Positions 17,195 through 27,111 are shown, counted from the first letter of the stretch. The stretch: 64,000 bases of DNA from an uncultured delta proteobacterium (GCA_963697965.1 OY969108.1:2365326-2429325); one strand, 5' to 3'. The notes: a model not told the origin generated them from the letters alone. Translations and numbers: made by a program.

Positions 17195-18054
17195 TGCGCT
17201 CGCTGATGCGCTCCCTGCTCACCGTGATCTGCCTCCTTTGCCTGGCTTCGGTCTCCGAAGCGGCCTGGACCGAGTTGTTGCAGAAAGAGTTCCCCAAGAC
17301 TCCGTGGGACCAGAGACCCGCGGTTGAGCGGACCGTTTGTATCGACTGCCACGACTCCGACTTGATGAGGCCCGAATATAAGGCAATTCCGGCGGAGTGG
17401 CGCAAAAGCGTGCATTACCAGAACGGGGTTTCCTGCCAGGACTGCCACGGCGGCGACCCCAAGGACGCCGCCAGGTCCATGACGCCGCAGAGCGGGTTCG
17501 TGGGGGCGCCGAAACCCAAAGAGGTTCCGGGATTCTGCGGGAAATGCCATTTGGGCATCAAGGAAAACTACCTGGAAGGTGGCCATGGCAAGGCCCTGAT
17601 GACTACCGGCACGGGGCCCAATTGTGTCCTCTGCCACCATTCCCATGATATCCAGAAGGCCAGCATAGGGATTATCAACCCCAATTTATGTGGAATCTGC
17701 CACAGTTATGACCGCGCCCGGGAGATGAAGGAGGCCCTGCTGCTGACCGAGGTGAAGATCAATGAGATCAATAGCAATCTACAGACCTTGAAGGCCGGAT
17801 TGATAGACACCCGAGATGAGGATGAGACCCTTTTCCGGACCCAGGCGGAATATAGGACCTTGTTTCATAGTGTGGATGTGAATCTGGTGAAGGCCAAAAC
17901 CGCGGAGTTCGCCAAGAAGCTGGCCGCTCTTAATCAACAGGTTAATAAAGGTTTCAAGGAGTTGAAATTCCGCCAGAACTTCGCCACCCTGATCTTGCTG
18001 ATTTTTGTCGGCCTGGGGATCACGATCTTCTTGTTGGGACGGCGAAAGGAATAA
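17194..18054 (+). CDS. Membrane-anchored pentahaem c-type cytochrome
   Basis: Five CxxCH motifs (CIDCH, CQDCH, CGKCH, CVLCH, CGICH), an N-terminal signal and a C-terminal TM helix. The start overlaps the cytochrome b stop (TGATG). Confidence 0.85.
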   Translation: MRSLMRSLLTVICLLCLASVSEAAWTELLQKEFPKTPWDQRPAVERTVCIDCHDSDLMRPEYKAIPAEWRKSVHYQNGVSCQDCHGGDPKDAARSMTPQSGFVGAPKPKEVPGFCGKCHLGIKENYLEGGHGKALMTTGTGPNCVLCHHSHDIQKASIGIINPNLCGICHSYDRAREMKEALLLTEVKINEINSNLQTLKAGLIDTRDEDETLFRTQAEYRTLFHSVDVNLVKAKTAEFAKKLAALNQQVNKGFKELKFRQNFATLILLIFVGLGITIFLLGRRKE

Positions 18055-18180
18055 CCTGATCTTAGTTGGCCGGCGTCATCCCCGTTTGCCTTGGGCGCCT
18101 TGGGCTTCCGGGGCGAAATCGATCTTCATGATGGCATTCTTCTTGACGATACCCCACCAGCATAATCACCCCTGCCGGTC

Positions 18181-19317
18181 CTAACCCAGGTGCTTGTGGA
18201 AGCGCAGCACCGCCAGGGTCAGCATGATCAGGCCCAGGACTGTCATGGCGGCCATCTGCTGCCACAAGAGATCGATGCCGGCGCCCTGGAGAAAGACGCC
18301 CCGCACCACAATGATGAAGTATCTCAATGGGTTCAGGAGGGTTAGGTACTGAAAGACTGGCGGCATGTTGGCAATGGGAAAGATGAGGCCCGAGAGCATG
18401 ATGGCCGGGGTCAGGACGAGGTTGCCCGCCATCATCGCCTGCTGCTGGGTGGAGGCAATGGTGGAGATCAACAGCCCCAATCCCACGGAATTGAAGAGAA
18501 AGGCGACGGTCCCCAGCAACAGCACCAATATCTGGCCTCGAAAAGGGACCTCGAACCACAGGACAGCCACCAGGGTCACCAGGACGATATCCCCCAGGGA
18601 GATGAGGACAAAGGGGATGGTCTTTCCCAACATCAATTCGACACTCCGGATGGGGGTCACCAGGATCTGCTCCAGGGTGCCGATCTCTTTTTCCCGCACC
18701 ACCGACAGGGCCGTGAGCATTAGGGAGATGAGCAGCACCACCATGGCGACGACCCCGGGCACCATGGAGTAGCGGGAAATCAGGTTGGGGTTGAACCAGG
18801 CCCGGGCCTCCAGGCTCAAAGGAAGGCCCGGTTTCCCGGCCCGCCCCGCCCCCTGCCGTTCAAGGCGCGATACCAACTGCTCCTGGGAATAATCCCCGAT
18901 GGCCGTACTGGCGTAGCGGCTGACGATGAGGGCGGCGTTGGAGTCGGTGGCGTCCACGATCACCTGGACCTGGCCGCTTTTCCCCTGGCGCAGTTGCCTG
19001 GCGAAATCCCACTGGATCCACAGGGCCATGGTGATCTCACCCCGGTCGATCAGGTCCAGGAGTTCCTTTCGGCTGTTGAGATAATATTTCACCTGGAACC
19101 AGTCGTTGGAGGTGAACCGCTGGATGAGCTCCCGGCTCTCCTTGGTGCGGCTTTCGTCGAAAATGGCGGTGGCCACGTGCTTGATGTCGAAATTGACCAC
19201 GTAGCCATAGGCCAGGAGCTGGATCAGGGGCGGCCCGATGAGAAAAAAGCGGAGCTTCTTATCCCGCCAAACCTGGATGAATTCCTTGATGATGATGTGC
19301 CGGATGCGTCGGAACAT
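18181..19317 (-). CDS. ABC-2 type transporter permease (YbhR/YbhS-like)
   Basis: 378 aa. Large periplasmic loop after TM1 followed by a 5-TM ABC-2 core. Confidence 0.85.
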   Translation of the reverse strand: MFRRIRHIIIKEFIQVWRDKKLRFFLIGPPLIQLLAYGYVVNFDIKHVATAIFDESRTKESRELIQRFTSNDWFQVKYYLNSRKELLDLIDRGEITMALWIQWDFARQLRQGKSGQVQVIVDATDSNAALIVSRYASTAIGDYSQEQLVSRLERQGAGRAGKPGLPLSLEARAWFNPNLISRYSMVPGVVAMVVLLISLMLTALSVVREKEIGTLEQILVTPIRSVELMLGKTIPFVLISLGDIVLVTLVAVLWFEVPFRGQILVLLLGTVAFLFNSVGLGLLISTIASTQQQAMMAGNLVLTPAIMLSGLIFPIANMPPVFQYLTLLNPLRYFIIVVRGVFLQGAGIDLLWQQMAAMTVLGLIMLTLAVLRFHKHLG

Positions 19318-19322
19318 AGCTA

Positions 19323-20456
19323 TTAACGAACCTTCTTCTCAAATTTGCGGATGGCCAGGAACACAAACAGGATGGCGGAGCCGGCCAGCATCAGGGCGCT
19401 GGGCCATAGCACCCCCAGGCCGAGACCCTTGAGATATATACCTTTGGAGATGGTCACCACATAGCGGGCCGGCACGATGAGGGAAATGATCCGCAATGGC
19501 AGAGGCATCAGGTAGATGGCGAAGACGAACCCTGAGAGCAGAAAGGACGGCAGGAAGGTGGTGAGCATGGCCATCTGGAAGGCCTGCAACTGGTTATCGG
19601 AGCTCACCGAGATGAGCAGCCCCTGCCCCAGGGTGGCGATGAGAAACAGGGCCGAGAGGCCGATGAGCAGCAAAAGGCTGCCCCTTAATGGCACCTGGAA
19701 GAGATATTTCCCCATGCCCATGACAATGCCCATGTCCAGCATGCCGATGAAGAAATAGGGCCCCAGTTTGCCCAGGAGCAGCTCCGTCTTCTTCAGGGGG
19801 GTGGCCAGCAGGCCCTCCATGCTGCCCCGCTCCACCTCCCGCACCACGGTCAGGGAGGTGAGGAGCGCCCCCACCACGGTCATGATCACCGCGATGAGGC
19901 CAGGGACGATGTAATTGCGGGATTCCAGGTCTTCGTTGAACCAGAAGCGCACCTTGGCGTCCACCGGGTCTTCCTGTCTGGCCGGCCCCCGGCTCTGGAG
20001 GCGCTGCACCAGGAGTTCTTGGGCGTAAGGGGCCGTCACCCCCTGGATGTAGCCCAGGATGATGTTGGCGGTATTGGAATCGGTGCCGTCCACCAGGGCC
20101 TGGAGTTTGGCGGTCTTCCCGGTCTTATACGACCAGGAGAAGTCGTAAGGGATACTCAAGCCCACCTGCACCTCGTGCCTGGCGACCAGATCCTGTAATT
20201 CCGCATAACTCTGGGCGAAGCGCGTCAGGTCAAAATAGTCGGCGCTCTTAAAGCGGCTGACCAGCTCCTCGCTCAACTGGCTGCCTTCCTGGTCATAGAC
20301 CGCCAGGGAGACTTTTTTGATGTCGAAGGTGAGGGCGTAGCCATAGAGGAGCATGAGGATCAGGGGCAGCAGAATGATTTCCAGGAGGCTGATGGGGTCC
20401 CGGCGGACGTGGATCACCTCTTTGCGGAAGATGGCCCAGGTGCGGTGCAGGTTCAT
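19323..20456 (-). CDS. ABC-2 type transporter permease (YbhS/YbhR-like)
   Basis: 377 aa, a paralogue of the adjacent permease. Confidence 0.85.
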   Translation of the reverse strand: MNLHRTWAIFRKEVIHVRRDPISLLEIILLPLILMLLYGYALTFDIKKVSLAVYDQEGSQLSEELVSRFKSADYFDLTRFAQSYAELQDLVARHEVQVGLSIPYDFSWSYKTGKTAKLQALVDGTDSNTANIILGYIQGVTAPYAQELLVQRLQSRGPARQEDPVDAKVRFWFNEDLESRNYIVPGLIAVIMTVVGALLTSLTVVREVERGSMEGLLATPLKKTELLLGKLGPYFFIGMLDMGIVMGMGKYLFQVPLRGSLLLLIGLSALFLIATLGQGLLISVSSDNQLQAFQMAMLTTFLPSFLLSGFVFAIYLMPLPLRIISLIVPARYVVTISKGIYLKGLGLGVLWPSALMLAGSAILFVFLAIRKFEKKVR

Positions 20457-20488
20457 GGGTTATAGCTCTCAGCTTGCAGCGGTCAGCC

Positions 20489-20538
20489 GTAAGGGCGAGC
20501 CGTTGGGTCGCCCGGGCGATCCAGCGGCTCGCCCCTAC
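20489..20538. repeat. REP-like palindromes (GTAAGGGCGAGCC..GGGTCGCCC / GGGCGATCC..GCTCGCCCCTAC)
   Basis: GC-rich hairpins inside the ATPase-permease spacer. Confidence 0.7.
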
Positions 20539-20620
20539 GCGGTCAGCGTTCAGCTTTTTGATAAACGAGGTTAGTAATTGAGATATCTCAAGCCAATTGC
20601 TGGCTCTTTTGCCAAACTTT

Positions 20621-20693
20621 TTGTTTTTTGAAATCCTTCATTAGCCTTATGCTTTTGGTCTTTTGCTCTTAGCTGATAGCTGACAGCTAACAG
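20621..20693 (-). repeat. Inverted copy of the mosaic simple-repeat element seen at 11214-11296
   Basis: The reverse complement reads ..TTAGCTGTCAGCTATCAGCTAAGAGCAAAAGACCAAAAGC..GAAGGATTTCAAAAAAC. Confidence 0.75.
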
Positions 20694-20698
20694 TTTCT

Positions 20699-21636
20699 TT
20701 ACGTCTCTCCGGCCCGCTGGACCACGGCGATGAAGGCGTCCTCCAGGCTGGGCCGCACCCGTTCAATGCGGCGCCGCAGGGCGATATTATGGGCCGCCAG
20801 GACCTCATTGATGCGCCGCTCCCCCTCCGTGGGCTCAGCCACCGCCACGTGCAGGCCGTCCCCAAAGACCGCGGCCTCGGCCACCCCGGGCAATTGCTTG
20901 ATGAGGCTCAGCGCCGCGTCCAGATTCTCGGGATTTACCATTAGGATGGTCTCCTGCACTTCCTGCTTCAACTCCCGGGGAGTGCCCTGAGCCACGATCC
21001 GGCCCTGGTAGATGAGCACCAACCGGTCGCAAAACTCGGCCTCCTCCATGTAGTGGGTGGTCACCAGGATGGTCACTCCCCCCGCGCCATGTCATAGATC
21101 AGGTCCCAGAAATTGCGCCGGGAGATGGGGTCGACCCCGCTGGTGGCTTCGTCCAGAAAGAGAATGGCGGGCTCGTGGATGATGGCCGAGGCCAGGGCCA
21201 GCCGCTGCTTCAGGCCCAGGGCCAGGGTGCGGGTCAGTTGCCGGCGGCGGTCCGAAAGGCCCACCAGGCGCAGGACCTCGGTGAGTCGCTCCCGGAGGCG
21301 GGCGGCCGGCAGACCATAAACTCCCCCGAAGAAGTTCAGGTTTTCCTCGGCGGTCAGGTCTTCATAAAGGGAAAAGCGCTGGGACATGTAACCGATGGTT
21401 TGTTTGATCCGGTCGTTTTCCCGGATGATATCGAAGCCGCCCACCCGGCCTTCGCCGCTGGTGGGCAGCAGCAGACCGGTGAGCATGCGGATGGTGGTCG
21501 ATTTGCCGGCGCCGTTGGGCCCCAGGAAACCGAAAATCTCCCCCCGGTTCACCTCGAAGCTGACCCGATCCACCGCCTTGAAGTCCCCAAATTGGCGGGA
21601 GAGATTGTTAACGCTGATGGCCGGCTCAATTGTCAT
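20699..21636 (-). pseudogene. ABC transporter ATP-binding protein interrupted by a -1 frameshift in a G6 run (either an assembly indel or real)
   Basis: The N-terminal ORF (21073-21636) has Walker A GPNGAGKST, the signature and Walker B ILFLDEATSGVD. The C-terminal ORF (20699-21076) starts TILVTTHYMEEA. Adding one G to the run at 21078-21083 restores ..DMARGGVTILVTTHY... Confidence 0.85.
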
Positions 21637-21748
21637 CTCTTAAGACCATCCCTAAATCCCGGGTTCGCCGGGCCTGGGCTTTTCAACCCCTGCGGGCCGG
21701 GGCGGCAGGGGCCTCGGCCTCGAGCCTGGGAATCGGCTCGCCCTCTGC

Positions 21749-22738
21749 TTAAGACCCGGCGGGCCGCTCCTGTTTCTCCTGCCGCTCTACGATTTGGACG
21801 AAAAGATCTTCCAGATTGGGTGCCGCCGGGGAAATGCTCACCTCGCTGAGCCCGGCTTGCTTTAGGGCCGCGGTCAAGGGCCCGGAGGCCTCTCCCGCGG
21901 AGGCCACCGTGAGCATCAGCCGCTCCCCCATCACCAGGGACTGGAGCACCAGGGGGTGGCCGCTCAAAATCTTCCGGGCCGCCCGCAGATCCGAGGCCCT
22001 GGCCTCCAGCAACTCGCCCTGGAAGGAGCCCTTGAGGGTCTTGGGGGTATCCACCACCAGGAGCCGGCCCTGGTGAATCAAACCCACCCGGTGAGCCCGC
22101 TCGGCCTCATCCATGTAAGCAGTGGATAGAAAGATGGTGAGGCCGGCCCCTATCAGGCGGTAGAGAATCTCCCAGAATTCGCGGCGTGAGACCGGGTCCA
22201 CCCCGAAGGTGGGTTCATCCAGGAACAGGAGGCGGGGCGTATGGATCAAGGCGCAGACCAGCCCCAGTTTCTGGCGCATGCCCCCGGAGAGGTTACGGGC
22301 CAATCGGCCGGTAAAGGGGGTGAGGTTGGAAAAGCCCAGCAGCTCCGGAAGGCGGCGGTCCCGCTCGCGGTGCGCCACCTGGTAGATGTCGGCGTAGAAG
22401 GCGATATTTTCGGCCACGGTCAGATCGTCATAGAGGCCGAAGCGCTGGGGCATGTAGCCGATCTGCTCCTTGAGGCGCTCCGCTTCCTGGACCGTGTCGA
22501 ACCCCAGGACCTCGGCCCGGCCCTGGTCCGGGTCCATGATGCCCACCAGCATCCGCAGGGTGGTGGTCTTGCCGGCGGCGTCCGGCCCCACCAGGGCAAA
22601 GACCTCCCCGTAGGCCACCTCCAGTTCCAGGTGGTCCACCGCCGTCAGGCCGCCGAACCCCTTGCTCAGGCCTCGGGCCCGGATGGCCGGCTCGCCGGGC
22701 TTAGGGCTGCTTTGGAGGCTGGCTGTCTTGTTGGCCAA
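21749..22738 (-). CDS. ABC transporter ATP-binding protein (second ATPase of the exporter)
   Basis: Walker A GPDAAGKTT, signature LSGGMRQKL and Walker B LLFLDEPTFGVD. Confidence 0.9.
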   Translation of the reverse strand: MANKTASLQSSPKPGEPAIRARGLSKGFGGLTAVDHLELEVAYGEVFALVGPDAAGKTTTLRMLVGIMDPDQGRAEVLGFDTVQEAERLKEQIGYMPQRFGLYDDLTVAENIAFYADIYQVAHRERDRRLPELLGFSNLTPFTGRLARNLSGGMRQKLGLVCALIHTPRLLFLDEPTFGVDPVSRREFWEILYRLIGAGLTIFLSTAYMDEAERAHRVGLIHQGRLLVVDTPKTLKGSFQGELLEARASDLRAARKILSGHPLVLQSLVMGERLMLTVASAGEASGPLTAALKQAGLSEVSISPAAPNLEDLFVQIVERQEKQERPAGS

Positions 22739-23726
22739 GGAGGATTACCGCTTCCGCCGGCATGCCCGGCTTCAGGTCGTAATTGAGGTTTTGGGCCCGG
22801 ATCTTGGTGCGGTACACCAGGGTTACCCGTTCCTTGTAGGTCTCCACCGTCTTGGGGGTGAACTCGGCCTTGGAGTTGATGAAGGAAACCCAGGCGGGAT
22901 ACTGCTTGCCGGGGTAGGCGTCGGTGATGATGTAGGCCTTCATGCCGAACTTGACTTTCGCCAGATCGGACTCGGGGATATATCCTTCGAAATAGATGTT
23001 GTCCAGGTCTCCCAGGGTAAGCACCGGGGCCCCCACCGCCGCGGTCATCCCCGGCTCCATGGGCCGCACCAAAACCACCGCGTTCACCGGGGATGAGATG
23101 GTGGCGTATCCCAACTGGGTGAGGGCCAGATCCAGGGCCGCCTGGGCGGACTTCGCCTGACCCCGGGCCTGGTCGATGTCCTGAACCCGGTAGCCTTCCT
23201 GGCGCAGGTTGAGTTCCGCCAGGGCGTTCTGATGGTCCCCTTTGGCCATCAGGTAATCGGATTCGGCCTTATCCCGGGTTTGGGCCGCCACTACCTGGCG
23301 CCGATAGAGGTTCTCGTAGCGCTCATAATCGAGCTGCTTATTGACCAGATCAGCCTCGGTCTTGCCCACCTGGGCCCGGGCCTCTTCGACCTCCTGGGGC
23401 CGGTAGCCGGCTTCCATCTTGGCGAGATTGGCCCTGGCCGCGGCCAGGTCAGCCCGGGCCTTGGCGACTCCGTCCTGCAGGTCCTTGGCCTCCAGAACAG
23501 CCGCCTTTTGACCGCTGCTGACCCAGTCCCCTTCCTGGAAATAGATCTCTGCGATGAGGCCGGGCACCTTGAAGGAGAGATCAGTTTCGGTGGCCTCCAT
23601 GTGCCCTTGCAGGCGCAGGACGTCGCTGGGCAGCGGGGTCCCCCACCAGCGCAGTGAATAGACCAGGGCGCCGGCCACCACCAGCATGGCCAGGATCCCC
23701 AGGAGCAGCCTACGTCTTCCTTGCAT
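22701..23726 (-). CDS. HlyD-family membrane fusion protein (YbhG-like)
   Basis: 341 aa. N-terminal TM helix, long coiled-coil repeats and beta-barrel/lipoyl-like ends. Overlaps the ATPase gene by 38 nt. Confidence 0.85.
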   Translation of the reverse strand: MQGRRRLLLGILAMLVVAGALVYSLRWWGTPLPSDVLRLQGHMEATETDLSFKVPGLIAEIYFQEGDWVSSGQKAAVLEAKDLQDGVAKARADLAAARANLAKMEAGYRPQEVEEARAQVGKTEADLVNKQLDYERYENLYRRQVVAAQTRDKAESDYLMAKGDHQNALAELNLRQEGYRVQDIDQARGQAKSAQAALDLALTQLGYATISSPVNAVVLVRPMEPGMTAAVGAPVLTLGDLDNIYFEGYIPESDLAKVKFGMKAYIITDAYPGKQYPAWVSFINSKAEFTPKTVETYKERVTLVYRTKIRAQNLNYDLKPGMPAEAVILLGQQDSQPPKQP

Positions 23727-24003
23727 AGGTCCCTCACCCGAGCCGCGGGCGAGAGCCCAAGCCCTGCCCGGGTCGGCTCATTTTACCCGCAAAGGAGTGC
23801 AAAAAGCAAAGGATACCTGCGGGCGCCAGCTCCCGGCTTTAACCGGTCAGCTTTCAGCTTTTTGGATAAGCTGGCTTCGTCTACCCGCCAATCTCCAGTA
23901 TCTCCTAAAACCGCAACGGTACAGGGCCACTACTCATTTTTGGCCCTTGATCGGAGCTTATTAATGATTAAATTTTACTGATATTTGAAATTAAGAGGAC
24001 GTT

Positions 24004-26397
24004 ATGAAACCCCAAAAGGTAAAATTTCCTTTCAAGACCAGACTGAGCCTGAAGCCGCTGCTCGATTTCTGGGAAGGCTTATTGGCCGCAGGCAAAGGCG
24101 GGATGAATTGCCTGGGGCCGGTTATCCACCAGAAGTTGGAGAACACCCCGGAGTTGCGGGAACCCATCGAGGACCTCACCATCCTGGAAAAGCACCGGGA
24201 ATTCCTTGATCTGTTGATGAGCGCGGTTTTCCCACCGGCGTCCTGGGAGAGTGATTGCGCCGCGGCCTTCGTGCCTTTCCAGTTTATTGCCTTCTACGCC
24301 ACCCCGCTATTCAAGACCCTGTTCAGGATGGAAAAACAAAGTTTTGTGCCGCAATCGAATGTCGACCCCGAACGTTGGCAGTGGGGGCAAGTCCTCAAAG
24401 CGTATACCTTTATCCTGAGAAAATTTTACGGCATCGACCTCGCCTGGAGTTATCCCCTGATTGCCAAGGCCAGCTGCCCTAAAACCGGACTGGATCGGTT
24501 TTTTAATATCACCCTGGACCCCAAATTCCTGGAAATTAAGGCGGTTAAGGACCCCAGGACTTTGACTGAAGCAGACCGGAATCGGCTCCTGGCTAACGTT
24601 ACCGACCTGAAACTGTGGATGGAACTGATACCCCCGGAGAACTTTGAATTGCAGGGTTTTGGCGTTTTCCGGGCTACGGATGTGACGGCTCAGGAGATGC
24701 TATCGTCTCTGCAGGCAGACTTGTTCGAGAAGGAATCGATTTTTCAGCGGGATGGTTTTGCCGGCCTGCAGGAAAAATTGCAAATCTACTTGGGAGAGAG
24801 GGACATCTCTCTTGGCCTGGCCGCCATCCGGGGTGAACAGATTCTCCTCCTACCCCATGCCCACAGACAGCCGGAAACGAGCTGCATTCTTGAGAATGCC
24901 ACGCATTACCAAAGGAGCGAATTCAAGGGATCGATTTTTTCCCGGGTGCTGGATCTGGGCGAACCGCTGGTTGTGGAAGATCTGCAAGATTATCCCAAGG
25001 GCACGATTTTGGAAGGGCGCATGCTGGAGCACGGCTACCGGAGCGTTTATGTCGCTCCCCTCTTTTACCAGGATCGCCTCCTGGGAACCTTGATGCTCAA
25101 GTCCACCCGCCCGGGGGCGCTGAACGCCCTGAACACGGCCACCCTGCAGCCAGTTCTGCTGCTATTCGCGGTGGCCCTGAATCGCAGCCTGGAGCAACTG
25201 GACCAAAAAATTCAAACCGTCATCAAAGAGGAGTTCACCGCCATCCACCCCTCGGTGGAATGGCGCTTTCAGCAGTCAGCCCTGCACTATATCCAGCATA
25301 AGGGCGAAGGAGTTGCAGCTCTGGAACCCATTGTCTTCCATCAGGTTTATCCCCTGTTCGGCGTTTCTGACATCAGGATGTCCAGCGAGCATCGCAACGC
25401 TGCCATCCAGGCCGATCTCCTCGAACATTTCCGCCTTGCCCGGGAAGTCCTGCAGCTTGCCTATCAACACCGGCCCTTGCCGATCCTGGCGGCCTTCAGC
25501 CATCGCCTCGACAGGCATATCCAAGAGCTGAAAGTTGGTCTGAATGCAGGGGACGAGGCTACCAGACCGCTTTTCATCCAGCGGGTGATCGAGCCATTTT
25601 TTGACCAATTGGCAAACTTCGGCGCCCCGGTGGCCGAGAAGATAGCATCTTACCGGGCCGCCCTGGATCCTCAGATGAAGACTATTTACCGGAGCCGGCG
25701 AAACTTTGAAGAAAGTCTCAATCTCATCAATGAAACTATTGCAACGTATCTAGAACAGGAGGAAGCCAAGGCCCAGGAATATTTCCCCCACTATTTTGAA
25801 AAACTGAAGACCGATGGGGTGGAACACACCATTTATATCGGTGCCAGCATGGTGGAGAACGGAAATTTCAGTCCCATGTATTTGAAAAACCTGCGGCTGT
25901 GGCAGCTTATGGTTACCTGTGAAGTGGTGCGCCGCACTATGGAAATCAAAGACCGTCTGCCAGTGCCGCTCGAAACCACCCACCTGATTCTGGCTCAGGA
26001 TTCACCGCTCTCCATCTTCTTCAGCCCGGATGAGCGGCACTTCGAAGTGGAGGGCGCCTACGATATCCGCCATGAGATCATTAAAAAACGGATTGACAAG
26101 GCCTTGATCAAAGGGTCTTCCGAGCGCCTGACGCAACCGGGCAAAATTGCCATCGTCTACTCCCAAAGGCAGGAAGGCGCGGAATATTTGGAGTATATCG
26201 ATTACCTCCAGGCCGCCGGATACCTGCAGGCCGAGACGGAGGAGGTGGAGCTGGAGGATTTACAGGGGGCCCAGGGATTGATGGCCCTCAGGGTCCCGGT
26301 GGACTTGCGTGCCTCCCGGGCGCAGGATCAGACTCTTCCGGAAATCGTCGCGAGCGCAGTGAAGGCGCTGCCCAAGGAAGCCAACGCACCCTCCTGA
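24004..26397 (+). CDS. Large (797 aa) cytoplasmic protein with a central GAF-like domain; function unknown
   Basis: The region around residues 300-400 (SIFSRVLDLGEPLVVEDL...YRSVYVAPLFYQDRLLGTLML) looks GAF-like. The N- and C-terminal approximately 300-aa regions carry no motif I recognise. Confidence 0.55.
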   Translation: MKPQKVKFPFKTRLSLKPLLDFWEGLLAAGKGGMNCLGPVIHQKLENTPELREPIEDLTILEKHREFLDLLMSAVFPPASWESDCAAAFVPFQFIAFYATPLFKTLFRMEKQSFVPQSNVDPERWQWGQVLKAYTFILRKFYGIDLAWSYPLIAKASCPKTGLDRFFNITLDPKFLEIKAVKDPRTLTEADRNRLLANVTDLKLWMELIPPENFELQGFGVFRATDVTAQEMLSSLQADLFEKESIFQRDGFAGLQEKLQIYLGERDISLGLAAIRGEQILLLPHAHRQPETSCILENATHYQRSEFKGSIFSRVLDLGEPLVVEDLQDYPKGTILEGRMLEHGYRSVYVAPLFYQDRLLGTLMLKSTRPGALNALNTATLQPVLLLFAVALNRSLEQLDQKIQTVIKEEFTAIHPSVEWRFQQSALHYIQHKGEGVAALEPIVFHQVYPLFGVSDIRMSSEHRNAAIQADLLEHFRLAREVLQLAYQHRPLPILAAFSHRLDRHIQELKVGLNAGDEATRPLFIQRVIEPFFDQLANFGAPVAEKIASYRAALDPQMKTIYRSRRNFEESLNLINETIATYLEQEEAKAQEYFPHYFEKLKTDGVEHTIYIGASMVENGNFSPMYLKNLRLWQLMVTCEVVRRTMEIKDRLPVPLETTHLILAQDSPLSIFFSPDERHFEVEGAYDIRHEIIKKRIDKALIKGSSERLTQPGKIAIVYSQRQEGAEYLEYIDYLQAAGYLQAETEEVELEDLQGAQGLMALRVPVDLRASRAQDQTLPEIVASAVKALPKEANAPS

Positions 26398-26495
26398 AAG
26401 CTGCCGCGGCGCCGCGGCCCTGACCCCATTTCCGGTTCGTTTCCACTCTGAGGCCGAAAACCGCCCTTGCCATTAGGCGCCCGGCGCCTGGCCCC

Positions 26496-27050
26496 TTATC
26501 TGCCGTAATAGCCGGTGAGGGTGGCGGTGGCCAGGATCTTGCCCTCCAGGGCCTGCTTGAATTCCCCCAGGCTGGCGGCAGTCTTCACCTCCAGCTTCGG
26601 CACGCTCGTGGCGTAGAGGGTGATCACGTAAGGGTGGTCGCCGGTGCCTGGAGGGGGTTGGGGGCCGCCATAGCCTGGCTCGCCCCAGGAGTTCTGCAAC
26701 TCCACCGCCCCGGTCGGCATCTTCCGGCCCGAAGCGCCCTCCTCCAGGGAAACCGCTGACCCCGGAATGTCCTTCACCAGCCAGTGCACCCAGTTATGGG
26801 CCACCGGATGGGGATCGACGATGGACAGGGCGAAGGACCTGGTGCCTGCCGGGGTCCCGGACCAGGAGAGGGGCAATGATAAATTCCTGCCGCCGGCCGC
26901 CACCATGACATAGGGCAGGGGAATCTTGCCGCCGTCTGCAAAAGCGCTGGATGTGAGCTGCATGACCTGACCTCCTGAGCTGGAAGGGAGATTGACGGCC
27001 AAAAGCAGGGCCGCTAGAAGACCTGAGAAATACCATTTTTTCATAAGCAC
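26496..27050 (-). CDS. YbhB/YbcL-family PEBP (Raf-kinase-inhibitor-like) protein, secreted
   Basis: Signal peptide, then DPHPVAHNWVHW and GYGGPQPPPGTGDHPYVITLYA motifs. Confidence 0.85.
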   Translation of the reverse strand: MLMKKWYFSGLLAALLLAVNLPSSSGGQVMQLTSSAFADGGKIPLPYVMVAAGGRNLSLPLSWSGTPAGTRSFALSIVDPHPVAHNWVHWLVKDIPGSAVSLEEGASGRKMPTGAVELQNSWGEPGYGGPQPPPGTGDHPYVITLYATSVPKLEVKTAASLGEFKQALEGKILATATLTGYYGR

Positions 27051-27111
27051 CTCGCCTTGGCCAATGGCAATTTCCCCATATTTGCCTTCTTGCCTTTTAC
27101 TTTCTCCTCAG

